Positions 20,688 to 30,880 of a stretch of DNA of 64,000 nucleotides are shown here, one piece after another; position 1 is the stretch's first letter, and every line of letters starts with the position of its first letter. The notes beneath the pieces were generated by a model. That model did not search any database. It had not been told where the DNA came from and saw nothing but the letters and a program-made list of their open reading frames with translations. Both the position numbers and the translations under genes were made by a program. This stretch comes from Mucilaginibacter sp. (lineage in GTDB: Bacteria; Bacteroidota; Bacteroidia; Sphingobacteriales; Sphingobacteriaceae): positions 4,586 through 68,585 of the forward strand of contig NZ_JBAZRC010000006.1 in the NCBI RefSeq assembly GCF_041663085.1, given 5' to 3'.

Positions 20688-22622
20688 ATGAAACACACCA
20701 TTCTTAAGCTGCTGGCTTGCGCGGCTACTATCATGTTTTTTAATAGCGGCTATGTTATTGCACAAGATAAACTATCAAAAGACCTTTATATTGCAGCTAC
20801 TATACCCGATTCTTTAAAGGATAAGGCCAACTCTGTGGTGCGTTATTCATCTGATGAATTATACATCAAAGGCAAGGATAAAATTATCACAAGGCACCAC
20901 AGCATTATTACCATTTTAAATGAAAAAGGGGATGATGAATCGCGGTTGATCTTGTATTACGACAAAAAATTCAATACCGTAAATAGTGTAGAGGTAGTGG
21001 CGTATAACGCTGCGGGTACGCAATTAAAAAAATACCACAAAAGCGATATGTACGATAGGGCAGCTATTGATGGCATGTCTATCATAACTGATTACCGCTT
21101 GCTTGCATTATCGCACACTGTAGCGTCATACCCGGCCACCATTGAGGTTACTTACGAAACCAGCAGGAACAGTTATCTTGATTTGGGAGAGTGGCAATAC
21201 CTGGAACCCGAAAAAGCAGTGCAATATGCCGAATACATTGTACGCACAACTCCCGAAAGCGGCTTTAGATATATCAATAAAAATACCACTATAAAACCGC
21301 AAAAAACATACGAAGACGGCTTTGATAAATACATTTGGAAAGTTAGTAGCCTAAAAGCTATAAAACCCGAAAAGGATGCGGTTAACTGGCAGGTATTTCC
21401 CCACATTGCTTTTGCTACCAAATATTTTCAGTTTGATGGCCTGCCCGGCGATATAAGCAACTGGCAAAGTTACGGCAAGTGGCAGCAGGCCTTAAATGCC
21501 GACGTTTGTACACTTACTCCGCAGCGTGTTGAAGAGATAAAGGCTATGACCGCCGATTTAAAAACCGATAAGGAAAAGGCCCGGTTCCTGTACAATTACA
21601 TGCAGCAAAACATGCGTTATGTAAGCATACAGCTGGGTATTGGCGGCCTTAAACCCTTCCCCGCTACTTTTGTTGATCAAAAAAAATATGGTGATTGTAA
21701 AGCTTTGTCAAATTACATGTCGGCCTTGTTAAAGGCGGTGAACATCCCGTCATACTATGCCATGATCCGCGCCGGCGAAAATGAGGAACCCGCTACAACC
21801 TCGTTCCCGTCAGATCCTTTTAACCATGTTATTTTGTGTATCCCCTTTAAGGGCGATACTACCTGGCTGGAATGTACCAGCAACACCAAACCTTTTGGTA
21901 AGCTTGGATCGTTTACCGAAAACCGCAACGCCCTGCTTATTACCGAAAACGGCGGTGTATTGATGAATACCCCAAAAAGCACTATGCAGGACAACCAGTT
22001 TAACAGCGAGGTGCACCTTACACTTAACCCGGAAGGTGGCGCGAAAGCCGAAGTGAAGATTTTAAGCACTGGCGGCTATCGCGATGATTATATTGGCCTG
22101 GCATCTTTAAAAACTGATGAGCAGAAAGAGTATCTGATAAGGGCTTTGAACATGAAGCAACCATCCATAATAGATGTTAAACCCGCTACCGATAAAGACG
22201 GCACCAAAGAGATAGGCATTGACCTGGAATACGATAAGTTTTGCGACATAGCCGCAGGCAATAAAATGTTTTACCGCCCCCGCGCGTTCGACCTGTGGGG
22301 AACAACCATACCTGTTTTGGAGAAAAGAAGAAACGATTTTTACTTTTCGCACCCTATGCAAAAATCATGCGTAACTACTATTGACCTGCCTGCCGGCTTT
22401 GAGGTAGAAACCCTGCCTGTTAATCAAAATTTAACTTTTACTTATGGCAGCTATGATGTAAAATACGTTTACGACGCTGTAAAAAACCAGGTAATAAGCA
22501 CCACTAAATTTAACCTAACAAACCACGTAATACCTGCTGCCAAATACAACGAAATGCAGCAATACATGGATAACATTGCCAAAGCGCAAAATAAAAAGCT
22601 GGTGATACGCAAGAAGGCTTAA
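20688..22622 (+). CDS. DUF3857 + transglutaminase-like cysteine peptidase domain protein
   Basis: Signal peptide, and a transglutaminase core '[13 protein letters not shown] ... PFNHVILC' with Cys and His present. Confidence 0.75.
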   Translation: MKHTILKLLACAATIMFFNSGYVIAQDKLSKDLYIAATIPDSLKDKANSVVRYSSDELYIKGKDKIITRHHSIITILNEKGDDESRLILYYDKKFNTVNSVEVVAYNAAGTQLKKYHKSDMYDRAAIDGMSIITDYRLLALSHTVASYPATIEVTYETSRNSYLDLGEWQYLEPEKAVQYAEYIVRTTPESGFRYINKNTTIKPQKTYEDGFDKYIWKVSSLKAIKPEKDAVNWQVFPHIAFATKYFQFDGLPGDISNWQSYGKWQQALNADVCTLTPQRVEEIKAMTADLKTDKEKARFLYNYMQQNMRYVSIQLGIGGLKPFPATFVDQKKYGDCKALSNYMSALLKAVNIPSYYAMIRAGENEEPATTSFPSDPFNHVILCIPFKGDTTWLECTSNTKPFGKLGSFTENRNALLITENGGVLMNTPKSTMQDNQFNSEVHLTLNPEGGAKAEVKILSTGGYRDDYIGLASLKTDEQKEYLIRALNMKQPSIIDVKPATDKDGTKEIGIDLEYDKFCDIAAGNKMFYRPRAFDLWGTTIPVLEKRRNDFYFSHPMQKSCVTTIDLPAGFEVETLPVNQNLTFTYGSYDVKYVYDAVKNQVISTTKFNLTNHVIPAAKYNEMQQYMDNIAKAQNKKLVIRKKA

Positions 22623-22632
22623 TTTTGCCTGC

Positions 22633-23271
22633 ATGATCTTCCGGCTTGATGACCGTTTACTGTTCCCCAACCCTTCGCTTGCCGAAGAGGATGGGTTGTT
22701 GGCAGTAGGCGGAGATCTTTCTACAGAGCGTTTGCTGCTGGCCTATCAGAATGGTATTTTCCCATGGTATAGCGACGACGACCCTATCCTGTGGTATTCG
22801 CCGCACGAAAGGTTTGTGCTTTACCCTGCCGAATTGAATGTATCAAAATCAATGAGGCAGGTTTTACGTTCAAATAAATTCACTGTTACTACCGATACCT
22901 GTTTTAGCGATGTTGTTGCTGCCTGTTCATCTGCAAAACGCGAAGGACAGGACGGCACCTGGATAACTGATGATATGATGGCCGCTTATGCCAAACTACA
23001 CCGCGAGGGCTACGCCCATTCGGTTGAGGTTTGGCTTGATGGCAAACTTGTTGGCGGGCTTTATGGCGTACACGCCGGCGATGTATTTTGCGGCGAAAGT
23101 ATGTTTAGCCTGGTGAGTAACGCCTCAAAAACCGCGCTGATATGGCTTTGCAATACCGGTAAATATAAGCTGATAGATTGCCAGGTTTATACAGAACACC
23201 TGGAGAGCATGGGTGCGCGTATGATACCCCGCGAAGATTATCTCAGCATACTGCATAAAACCGTTGCCTAA
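22633..23271 (+). CDS. aat: leucyl/phenylalanyl-tRNA--protein transferase
   Basis: '[26 protein letters not shown]', 'PILWYSP..RFVL', 'GESMFS'. Confidence 0.9.
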   Translation: MIFRLDDRLLFPNPSLAEEDGLLAVGGDLSTERLLLAYQNGIFPWYSDDDPILWYSPHERFVLYPAELNVSKSMRQVLRSNKFTVTTDTCFSDVVAACSSAKREGQDGTWITDDMMAAYAKLHREGYAHSVEVWLDGKLVGGLYGVHAGDVFCGESMFSLVSNASKTALIWLCNTGKYKLIDCQVYTEHLESMGARMIPREDYLSILHKTVA

Positions 23272-23290
23272 ACATTAGTTTTGTAAACAG

Positions 23291-23887
23291 ATGGAGCAGG
23301 CAAATCACAAAGAGCGTATTATTTTAGGGATTGACCCGGGCACAGCAGTAATGGGCTACGGCCTGGTGCTGGAGAAAGGCCCCAAAATTGAACTGATAAG
23401 CCTGGGTGTGGTTAAGATGGATAAGATTGACGACCACATGCTGAAACTGCAACGCATTTTTGAAAAAACCGTTGCCCTTATTGATAACTACAAACCCGAT
23501 TGCCTGGCCATCGAGGCCCCTTTTTACGGCAAAAACATACAAGTAATGCTAAAGCTTGGCCGCGCGCAGGGTGTTTGTATGGCCGCTGCACTATCGCGCA
23601 ATGTATCTATTACCGAGTATGCACCCCGTAAAATAAAACAGTCCATCACCGGTAATGGCAGCGCCACCAAAGAGCAGGTATCGGCCATGCTGCAAACCCT
23701 TTTAAAGTTCTCCGAAACACCCGATTTTTTTGACGCTACCGACGGATTGGCCGTAGCCGTGTGCCACTCATTTCAAAAAATACAGGTATCACGCGGGGGC
23801 AAGGTCACCAGTAAAAAAAGCCACTCGGGCTGGGAGGCATTTGTAAAAGATAATGCCGCCAGGGTAAGTATTATCCCCAAAAAATAG
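23291..23887 (+). CDS. ruvC: crossover junction endodeoxyribonuclease RuvC
   Basis: 'ILGIDPGTAVMGYG', 'AIEAPFYGKN', 'KQSITGNGSATKEQV', 'DATDGLAVAVCH'. Confidence 0.9.
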   Translation: MEQANHKERIILGIDPGTAVMGYGLVLEKGPKIELISLGVVKMDKIDDHMLKLQRIFEKTVALIDNYKPDCLAIEAPFYGKNIQVMLKLGRAQGVCMAAALSRNVSITEYAPRKIKQSITGNGSATKEQVSAMLQTLLKFSETPDFFDATDGLAVAVCHSFQKIQVSRGGKVTSKKSHSGWEAFVKDNAARVSIIPKK

Positions 23888-23892
23888 TATTG

Positions 23893-24417
23893 CTATAGTA
23901 GCATCTTACGTACATCCGCCCAGTTATCAACGCGTATATCCCACTCCACATCGTGGTTATGGCTGGCGGTAAATAATATGCCCTGCCCAATAAAACGTTT
24001 AAAATGCTTTACGTTATCATCAATCAGGTAATCGGCGTTGATGATGCTTTTATCGCCGCAAAAAACGATGTTATTCCACGAAATGTACGGAAAATGCTTG
24101 CCCAGCCAATCCAGTTTGGGCAACAGGGAATTAGGGAATTCCATAGCAGCAGTGGTGATAAAGATCTCATACTTTTCATACAGGTCTTTAATTACCTCCT
24201 GGCAACCGGGAATAACCTCCAGGTCTTTAAAAAAGTCATCATGATATACATATTCCTGTATCAGGTACCTATGATCATGTGGCAGTAGTTCTGAAAATTT
24301 TTTAGAGTTAAGTTCTTCGAGGGTAAATTCGATGTTGTGATCGCGCTTGTACCATTCTGCAAAACGATGGTTAGCGTCAGCTATCACCTCATCCATATCA
24401 ATAGCTATTCTCTTCAT
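23893..24417 (-). CDS. 5'(3')-deoxyribonucleotidase (HAD, NT5C type)
   Basis: HAD motif I 'IAIDMDEVIAD' and a C-terminal 'LIDDN'. The size and layout match NT5C-like nucleotidases. Confidence 0.7.
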   Translation of the reverse strand: MKRIAIDMDEVIADANHRFAEWYKRDHNIEFTLEELNSKKFSELLPHDHRYLIQEYVYHDDFFKDLEVIPGCQEVIKDLYEKYEIFITTAAMEFPNSLLPKLDWLGKHFPYISWNNIVFCGDKSIINADYLIDDNVKHFKRFIGQGILFTASHNHDVEWDIRVDNWADVRKMLL

Positions 24418-24469
24418 AGTGTGTCATTAGTACACAAATATAAAGTCTTTAAATCAGTAACTTATTTAT

Positions 24470-24486
24470 AATTATTCTAAATAATT
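24470..24486. promoter_or_regulatory. candidate operator: perfect 7-3-7 AT-rich palindrome upstream of TonB receptor
   Basis: 'AATTATT cta AATAATT' lies 60 nt upstream of the receptor ATG. Its NATWAT-like hexamers are reminiscent of Fur-type boxes. Confidence 0.25.
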
Positions 24487-24545
24487 TGGATAACAAGTCA
24501 TTAGAATGTACTTTTGGCCATTATTTATAATTAGTCTTAATAAGA

Positions 24546-26942
24546 ATGAAGATAACGAATACCTGCCTCTTATCAAAATCAGCTTTACTGTTTTTCCTAT
24601 TCTTTACTATTTCAACCATTACATTGGCACAACAAAATGCTATTGTTAAGGGAACAATAAAAACATCCGACGGTCAACCGGCCCAAGCAGTATCTGTAGG
24701 GGTTAAAAGCACTTCGATAGGTGCTATGACCAATATTAATGGCGATTTTCAATTTAAACTAAAACCCGGCACCTACATTATACATGTATCGGCAATAGGT
24801 TTGGCAAGTGAAGAAAAATCAGTAACAGTTACTGCAGGCAACACCACTATTGTTAATTTTAGCTTAAGGGAAAACTCCAGTCAGTTAAAAGAAGTTACCA
24901 TCTCAGATAATAAGCGCAAGTTTAAAATTGATAACCCATCGCCAACGCTGCGCTTAAACGAACCGCTGTTACAAATTCCGCAAAATATACAGGTGGTAAG
25001 CGGCGATCAGTTGCAAGAGCAGCAGATCTTTAACATGCTTGAAGGTGTATCGCGCAACGTAAGTGGTTTAACCATGCAGGAGCACTGGGGTAACTACGCC
25101 CGTGTTAACGGCCGTGGCGACAGGCTTGCAGCTTTCCGTAACGGGATGAATATTGAGGCAACCTGGGGGCCACTGACAGAAGACATGTCGTTTGTTGACC
25201 GTATTGAGTTTGTAAAAGGCCCGGCAGGTTTTATGCTGGCCAACGGCAACCCATCCGGTTTTTACAACGTGGTTACTAAAAAACCTACAGGTTTAACCAG
25301 CCAATCGTTCAATTTTACTGCGGGCAGCTTTAACAACTACCGCGCCACGGCCGATTTTGACGGCAAACTGACCAGTGATGGCAAATTACAATACCGCCTA
25401 AACCTGATGGGGCAAATGTCAGAATCATGGCGCCCGTACGATTTTACGAACCGCGTTGCCATAGCACCCGTATTGCGTTATAAATTTGATGATAAAAATA
25501 CTTTAACTGCCGAATACACCTACCAGTTTCAGCGCATGAATGCTTTTGGTTCGGCGTACTTATTCTCTACCGATGGTTACGCAAGTTTGCCCCGTAACTT
25601 TACCAATGCCCCATCAAATTCTCCGGCAACCAACATCAAAGACCATAGCGCATTTTTAACTTACGAACATAAATTCAATGATAAATGGAAGGTAACCGCA
25701 CAAGGCGCTTACTTTAACTATGCACAAAAGGGCTACAGCTATTGGATAAACAGCATTGCCGACAATGGCGATATTGACCGGAACCTTGGTTTATGGGATG
25801 CTATTAACAAAAATAAATTTGCCCAGGCATTTGTAAACGGCGAGGTAAAAACCGGTGCTATTAATCACCGTATTTTGGGAGGTGTAGATATTGGCGATAA
25901 ATACTACATCCCCGATTATATCCAATCAGGCTCGCTTGACCCTGACCCGGCTAATATGTTTAATATTCATAACCCTAATAACGGCCCGGTTACCTTACCT
26001 GTATTTGACAGAGATACCCCGCTTAGCGAACGTGGCAAAGATTGGTATACCACAGAGAAATACCAGTCTGTATATGTACAGGACGAATTAGGTTTTTTTA
26101 ATGATAAACTGCGCTTAACCATTGGCGGACGGTTTACCCATGCTACCACATTTGACGCCAGCGCTGCTGAGGGTTTTAAAAACACTAACGACAAAAAGAT
26201 AACACCACGTATTGGTATAAGCTATTCTGTTGATTCGGCAACCAGCGTTTATGGTGTTTATGACCAGGCATTTTTACCGCAAAACGGAAATATTGCCGGT
26301 GGCGGCAAGGTTAAACCAATTACAGGTAACAATTTCGAATTAGGCGTTAAGCGCGATTGGTTTGATGGTAAATGGAGCACTTCATTATCTGCTTACAGGA
26401 TACTTAAGAACAACCAGTTAGTTGGCGTGCCGGGCAACACAAATGAAGTTGTACAATTAGGCCAAACTAAAACACAGGGTATTGAGTTTGATGCCCGCGG
26501 CGAGATCATTACCGGTTTAAGCTTCATGATCAATTACGCTTACACGGATTCTAAGATCTCTAAAGATGCCGACCCTGCAAACGTAGGCAACCCGGTACCG
26601 GGCTTTGCTAAGCAGGTAACCAATGCATGGTTAACCTACCGCATACAACGCGGTGTATTAAAAGGCTTAGGTTTTTCGAGCGGATACCAATGGCAGATAG
26701 ACCGTTTGCCGTGGAGCCTTGGCACCGGCACTTCAGACCTACCAAACTATTTCCGTTTAGACGCCGGTGCATCTTACCAGCTCAGGAAAATGAGCTTCGC
26801 GGTAAATGTAAACAACGTTTTAAATACCTACCTGTACTCCGGCGGTCATGAAGATTACCTGAGCGCTACGGGCAAAACCGTTTACAGCTGGCAGGCCGAA
26901 GCACCAACAACAGTACGTTTAAGCGTTGGCTATAAATTTTAA
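24546..26942 (+). CDS. TonB-dependent siderophore-type receptor with CarboxypepD_reg N-domain
   Basis: Signal peptide, 'VKGTIKTSDGQPAQAVSVGV' (carboxypeptidase-regulatory-like), plug 'IEFVKGPAG', and barrel ending 'LSVGYKF'. Confidence 0.9.
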   Translation: MKITNTCLLSKSALLFFLFFTISTITLAQQNAIVKGTIKTSDGQPAQAVSVGVKSTSIGAMTNINGDFQFKLKPGTYIIHVSAIGLASEEKSVTVTAGNTTIVNFSLRENSSQLKEVTISDNKRKFKIDNPSPTLRLNEPLLQIPQNIQVVSGDQLQEQQIFNMLEGVSRNVSGLTMQEHWGNYARVNGRGDRLAAFRNGMNIEATWGPLTEDMSFVDRIEFVKGPAGFMLANGNPSGFYNVVTKKPTGLTSQSFNFTAGSFNNYRATADFDGKLTSDGKLQYRLNLMGQMSESWRPYDFTNRVAIAPVLRYKFDDKNTLTAEYTYQFQRMNAFGSAYLFSTDGYASLPRNFTNAPSNSPATNIKDHSAFLTYEHKFNDKWKVTAQGAYFNYAQKGYSYWINSIADNGDIDRNLGLWDAINKNKFAQAFVNGEVKTGAINHRILGGVDIGDKYYIPDYIQSGSLDPDPANMFNIHNPNNGPVTLPVFDRDTPLSERGKDWYTTEKYQSVYVQDELGFFNDKLRLTIGGRFTHATTFDASAAEGFKNTNDKKITPRIGISYSVDSATSVYGVYDQAFLPQNGNIAGGGKVKPITGNNFELGVKRDWFDGKWSTSLSAYRILKNNQLVGVPGNTNEVVQLGQTKTQGIEFDARGEIITGLSFMINYAYTDSKISKDADPANVGNPVPGFAKQVTNAWLTYRIQRGVLKGLGFSSGYQWQIDRLPWSLGTGTSDLPNYFRLDAGASYQLRKMSFAVNVNNVLNTYLYSGGHEDYLSATGKTVYSWQAEAPTTVRLSVGYKF

Positions 26943-26964
26943 TATCCCTAACTCAATTCATATA

Positions 26965-29445
26965 ATGAAGACATCATTCCCTAATTTATTTAAGCTATTC
27001 GCGGCAATTGTAGTGCTGCTAACCCTGATAAACCCCGCAAGCCTGTTTGCACAAAACAGGGGCACCTTACAAGGTAAAGTGGTAACCCAAAAAAATGAGC
27101 CTGCCGCTAATGTTTCTATAGGCCTAAGCGGCACCCGCATAGGTACCAGCACTTCAGATAATGGCGATTTCTCATTTAAAGCACCTGCCGGTAGTTATAC
27201 CATTATCATATCATATGTTGGTGTACAAACTGTTGAAGTACCTGTTACTGTTACTGCAAATCAGGCAACCGTTGTGCCTACTATTACCATTAATGCTAAC
27301 CTGTCGCAGTTAACAGAAGTTAATGTTATCGCAAGCAGGTCAAATCGTTTTGCACGCAAAGTGAGTACCGATGTAGGTAAGATCCCTTTGGATAATCTGG
27401 AAAACGCACAAAGCTATACTACCATTAGCAGCGAGCTTATCAAAGAGCAACAAATATTTTCTGTTGATGAGGCTTTAAGAAATGCCCCGGGCATCCAAAA
27501 AATGTGGGATGCAACCAACCGCGTAGCCGATGGCGGTGGTTACTTTACTCTACGCGGTTTTGTTACGCAAACACGTTTACGTAATGGCATTGCCGGCTTA
27601 GTTACCAGCACCATTGATGCTGTTAACATTGATAAAATTGAAGTGATAAAAGGCCCGTCTGCTACATTATTCGGGAGTACTTTAACATCTTTTGGTGGCC
27701 TGATAAACAGGGTTACTAAAAAACCTTATGAAACGTTTGGCCTTGAGGTTGGAGAATCGGTAGGCAGTTATGATCTTAACCGTACTACTATTGACCTCAA
27801 TACACCAATCGGCTCAAAAGTTGCCTTTCGTTTAAACTCTGCTTACAATTACGAGGGCAGTTTTCAAAATTATGGTAAGAGCCGCACGTATGCAATTGCA
27901 CCAAGCTTGTCAATTAAAGCTAACGACAAATTATCGTTCTTATTAGAAGCCGAAATGTTTTATGGCCGTAACGCCGCTAAGCCATTCTTCTTTTTCTACG
28001 ATTCGCCGAAAGCTTTGGGTATAACCAAGGTTAGTCAATTAAACATCGACTATAAAAACGCTTATTCAAACGACGACATTACTTCGTATAGTCGCAGTTT
28101 AAATTACTTTGCGCAAGCCAATTACAAAATATCTGATAAGTTTACCTCGCAAACGGTATTCTCAAATTCAAATAGTTTCTCTAACGGGCCAAGCCCATAC
28201 TACTATTTGGTTACCGATGCAAGGGCAATTGGCATTGCAGCTGCTGATGGCATAACATTACCAGACCCTGCAGGCGAGCATAACTATATTTACCGTAACG
28301 ACCAATCTACCTCTAACAGTAAATTTGGCGCTACCGAGATACAGGAGAACATTAACGGTGATTTTAACACCGGTTCAATTCGCCACCGTTTTGTATTTGG
28401 CTTAGATTATCAACATCAAAACTCTCACCAGATATATTTTGGTAACGCTTATGGTATAGCGCCAATAAATGACCCTAACTATGATTACGGATCGTTTAAC
28501 AAAGCATTGGTTGATGCTACAAATGCTGCCAACCCGCTTACTGCGGCTAATACCTATCCTTACATTTACAAAACCAACACCTACAGCACATACATGTCTG
28601 ATGTTGTAAACCTTACCGACAGGTTAATAGCTTCTGTTGGTTTACGTGTCGACCGTTTTGAGAATAAGGGAAATTACCTGCTTGATGGCACACAATCAAC
28701 CAAGCCATACGGCCAAACTGCTTTCTCGCCAAAATTCGGCCTGATCTTTCAACCGGTTAAGGATGTGATCTCGTTATTTGCCAACTTCCAAAACGGGTTC
28801 CAGAACACCCAGGTTTTCTTAGATGCAAACAATCTGCCCGTTACACCTAAAGTGCAAAATGCAACCCAAATTGAAGGAGGTGTTAAAGCAGCCTTATTTA
28901 ATGGAAAATTGAACGGTACAATTAGTTATTACGATATTAACTTAACCAATATCATCAGGAACGTACCCGGGTCAAATACCGCATTTGTTCAGGATGGCAC
29001 GCAAAAAAGCAAGGGTTTTGAGTTAGAAGTTGTTGCTAACCCGGTATCTGCAGTAAACATTGTAGCCGGTTTTGCTTACAACAATTCAAAGTTTACCAAA
29101 GCCGATGCCGATGTACAAGGCTTACGCCCAAACACCGCAGGTTCGCCTTACCTGGCCAACGTTTATGTTAGTTACCGTTTGCCACAAAGTTTTGTTAAAG
29201 GTTTAGGCGTTGGTGTTGGTGGCAATTACGCCAGTAGCAATAAAATAATAAACAGTGTTAGCCAGGGCACTTTTGAGTTACCATCATATACCTTGTTAAA
29301 TGCTTCGGTATATCTGGACAGGCCTAAGTACCGCTTTGGCTTAAGCGGCAACAACTTAACCGATAAGCATTATTATACCGGTTACACAACCATTAACCCG
29401 CAAAGGTTACGTCAGTTTGTGTTAAGCGCATCATATAAACTGTAA
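26965..29445 (+). CDS. TonB-dependent receptor with CarboxypepD_reg N-domain
   Basis: The ATG at 26965 gives a signal peptide. 'LQGKVVTQKNEPAANVSIGL', plug 'IEVIKGPSATLFG', and C-terminus 'LSASYKL'. Confidence 0.9.
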   Translation: MKTSFPNLFKLFAAIVVLLTLINPASLFAQNRGTLQGKVVTQKNEPAANVSIGLSGTRIGTSTSDNGDFSFKAPAGSYTIIISYVGVQTVEVPVTVTANQATVVPTITINANLSQLTEVNVIASRSNRFARKVSTDVGKIPLDNLENAQSYTTISSELIKEQQIFSVDEALRNAPGIQKMWDATNRVADGGGYFTLRGFVTQTRLRNGIAGLVTSTIDAVNIDKIEVIKGPSATLFGSTLTSFGGLINRVTKKPYETFGLEVGESVGSYDLNRTTIDLNTPIGSKVAFRLNSAYNYEGSFQNYGKSRTYAIAPSLSIKANDKLSFLLEAEMFYGRNAAKPFFFFYDSPKALGITKVSQLNIDYKNAYSNDDITSYSRSLNYFAQANYKISDKFTSQTVFSNSNSFSNGPSPYYYLVTDARAIGIAAADGITLPDPAGEHNYIYRNDQSTSNSKFGATEIQENINGDFNTGSIRHRFVFGLDYQHQNSHQIYFGNAYGIAPINDPNYDYGSFNKALVDATNAANPLTAANTYPYIYKTNTYSTYMSDVVNLTDRLIASVGLRVDRFENKGNYLLDGTQSTKPYGQTAFSPKFGLIFQPVKDVISLFANFQNGFQNTQVFLDANNLPVTPKVQNATQIEGGVKAALFNGKLNGTISYYDINLTNIIRNVPGSNTAFVQDGTQKSKGFELEVVANPVSAVNIVAGFAYNNSKFTKADADVQGLRPNTAGSPYLANVYVSYRLPQSFVKGLGVGVGGNYASSNKIINSVSQGTFELPSYTLLNASVYLDRPKYRFGLSGNNLTDKHYYTGYTTINPQRLRQFVLSASYKL

Positions 29446-29447
29446 GT

Positions 29448-30626
29448 ATGACCCCATTTAAAAAAGTACTGCTTTTTTGCCACCGCTGGCTCGGATTTAT
29501 CTCCGGGCTTGTGGTGTTTATTGTAAGCATAACCGGTTGTATCTTTTGTTTTCAGGATGAGATACAGGATGCGATACACGATCACCGTTCCGTACAAAAT
29601 ACCGGTAAGCCATACGTACAGCCATCGCAACTGATAAACGAGGTAAAAAAAGCTTACCCTAAGGCAAGCCCCGATTTTATTTATTACTTCGGCACAGAAA
29701 GACCTGCAGGCGTATATGCCAACCTGGGTAAGGATGGGTATGAAATTGTATATTTAAATCCTTACACGGGCAAGATAACTTACCACGAAAAACCGCAAAC
29801 AAACTTTTTCATCATTGTAGAATATATTCACTTGTACCTGCTGTTGCCGCCGGCCATTGGTAAGTGGATAGTTGGTGTATCGGTTATTGTTTTTATGGTG
29901 ATCATGATCACAGGCCTTATCCTTTGGTGGCCTAAACGCAAAAGCGACCGCAAACGTAGTTTCACCATTAAATGGGGCGGCCGCTGGCGCAGGATTAATT
30001 ATGACCTGCATAATGTGCTTGGCTTTTATGCAACATCCATCGCCATTATATTGTCTATAACCGGCCTGGCTATAGCTTTTGAGCCGGTAAGTAAAGCCAT
30101 CTACAACACTGCAAATATTGGCAGAAATATTAAATACGAGGACGAAGTAACCGAGCCGAAGTCCGACTCGCTTAAAAGGGCCGGGATTGCCAATAAGCCG
30201 GTTGTTGATATTGCATTTGCATACGCCAGGCAACAAGCCCCCGAGGCTGAAATGTTTTTGATCCATAACGACCCTGCTTTATCAGGTGCTATTGGCGTTG
30301 GCGCTTACGCCAAATCGCTGCACTACTCAAATGCCAATGGTTTCGAGTTTGATAAATACAACGGCAAGCTGCTTAAATCATATATATATGATAAAAAAAG
30401 CCCCGGCCTGAAGCTGAACGAGATGAACTATGATATCCATGTGGGCCAGATAGGTGGCTTAACCACCAAGATTATCGCGTTTTTAGCCAGCTTAATTTGC
30501 GCCAGCTTACCCATAACCGGGTTTATCATCTGGCTGGGCAAACGCAAAAAATCAAAATCGAAAGGTAAGAAAGTGCGGGATGCGGTGCATCATAAAACGC
30601 ATAAGCGCGTAGTGCAACAAGCCTGA
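29448..30626 (+). CDS. PepSY-associated TM helix domain protein
   Basis: 'FCHRWLGFISGLVVFIVSITG' at the N-terminus, 4 TM segments and a basic C-tail. It is typically linked to siderophore receptors. Confidence 0.85.
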   Translation: MTPFKKVLLFCHRWLGFISGLVVFIVSITGCIFCFQDEIQDAIHDHRSVQNTGKPYVQPSQLINEVKKAYPKASPDFIYYFGTERPAGVYANLGKDGYEIVYLNPYTGKITYHEKPQTNFFIIVEYIHLYLLLPPAIGKWIVGVSVIVFMVIMITGLILWWPKRKSDRKRSFTIKWGGRWRRINYDLHNVLGFYATSIAIILSITGLAIAFEPVSKAIYNTANIGRNIKYEDEVTEPKSDSLKRAGIANKPVVDIAFAYARQQAPEAEMFLIHNDPALSGAIGVGAYAKSLHYSNANGFEFDKYNGKLLKSYIYDKKSPGLKLNEMNYDIHVGQIGGLTTKIIAFLASLICASLPITGFIIWLGKRKKSKSKGKKVRDAVHHKTHKRVVQQA

Positions 30627-30632
30627 TTTTTT

Positions 30633-30699
30633 CAACCACAGAGGGCACAAAGAAAGAACCACAAAGGCCACGGAGATTTACTCTTTGTGGCCTTTGGTT
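30633..30699. repeat. REP-like element of the 'aaccacagagg' family with internal hairpin
   Basis: 'caaccacagagggcacaaag' followed by the hairpin aaccacaaaggccac / gtggcctttggtt. It is related to 51468-51650 and 46426-46466. Confidence 0.7.
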
Positions 30700-30704
30700 T
30701 ATCC

Positions 30705-30803
30705 CGGCCGTTGTTGGTGTTGTCACCAACAACATTTAGGACGGCTAAAACTTGCAAAACTTGGATGCATGGCGGCTTGTTGGTGACAACACCAACAAGG
30801 GCC
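30705..30803. repeat. long imperfect palindrome
   Basis: Arms 'ccgttgttggtgttgtcaccaacaac' and 'gcttgttggtgacaacaccaacaagg' are inverted and about 45 nt apart. Confidence 0.7.
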
Positions 30804-30880
30804 AAAATTAAATCACTTATTATAAGATACTTATAAAAATTCAAAGTGTTCACGGCAGTGAACGTGAACGGTTAGTATGG

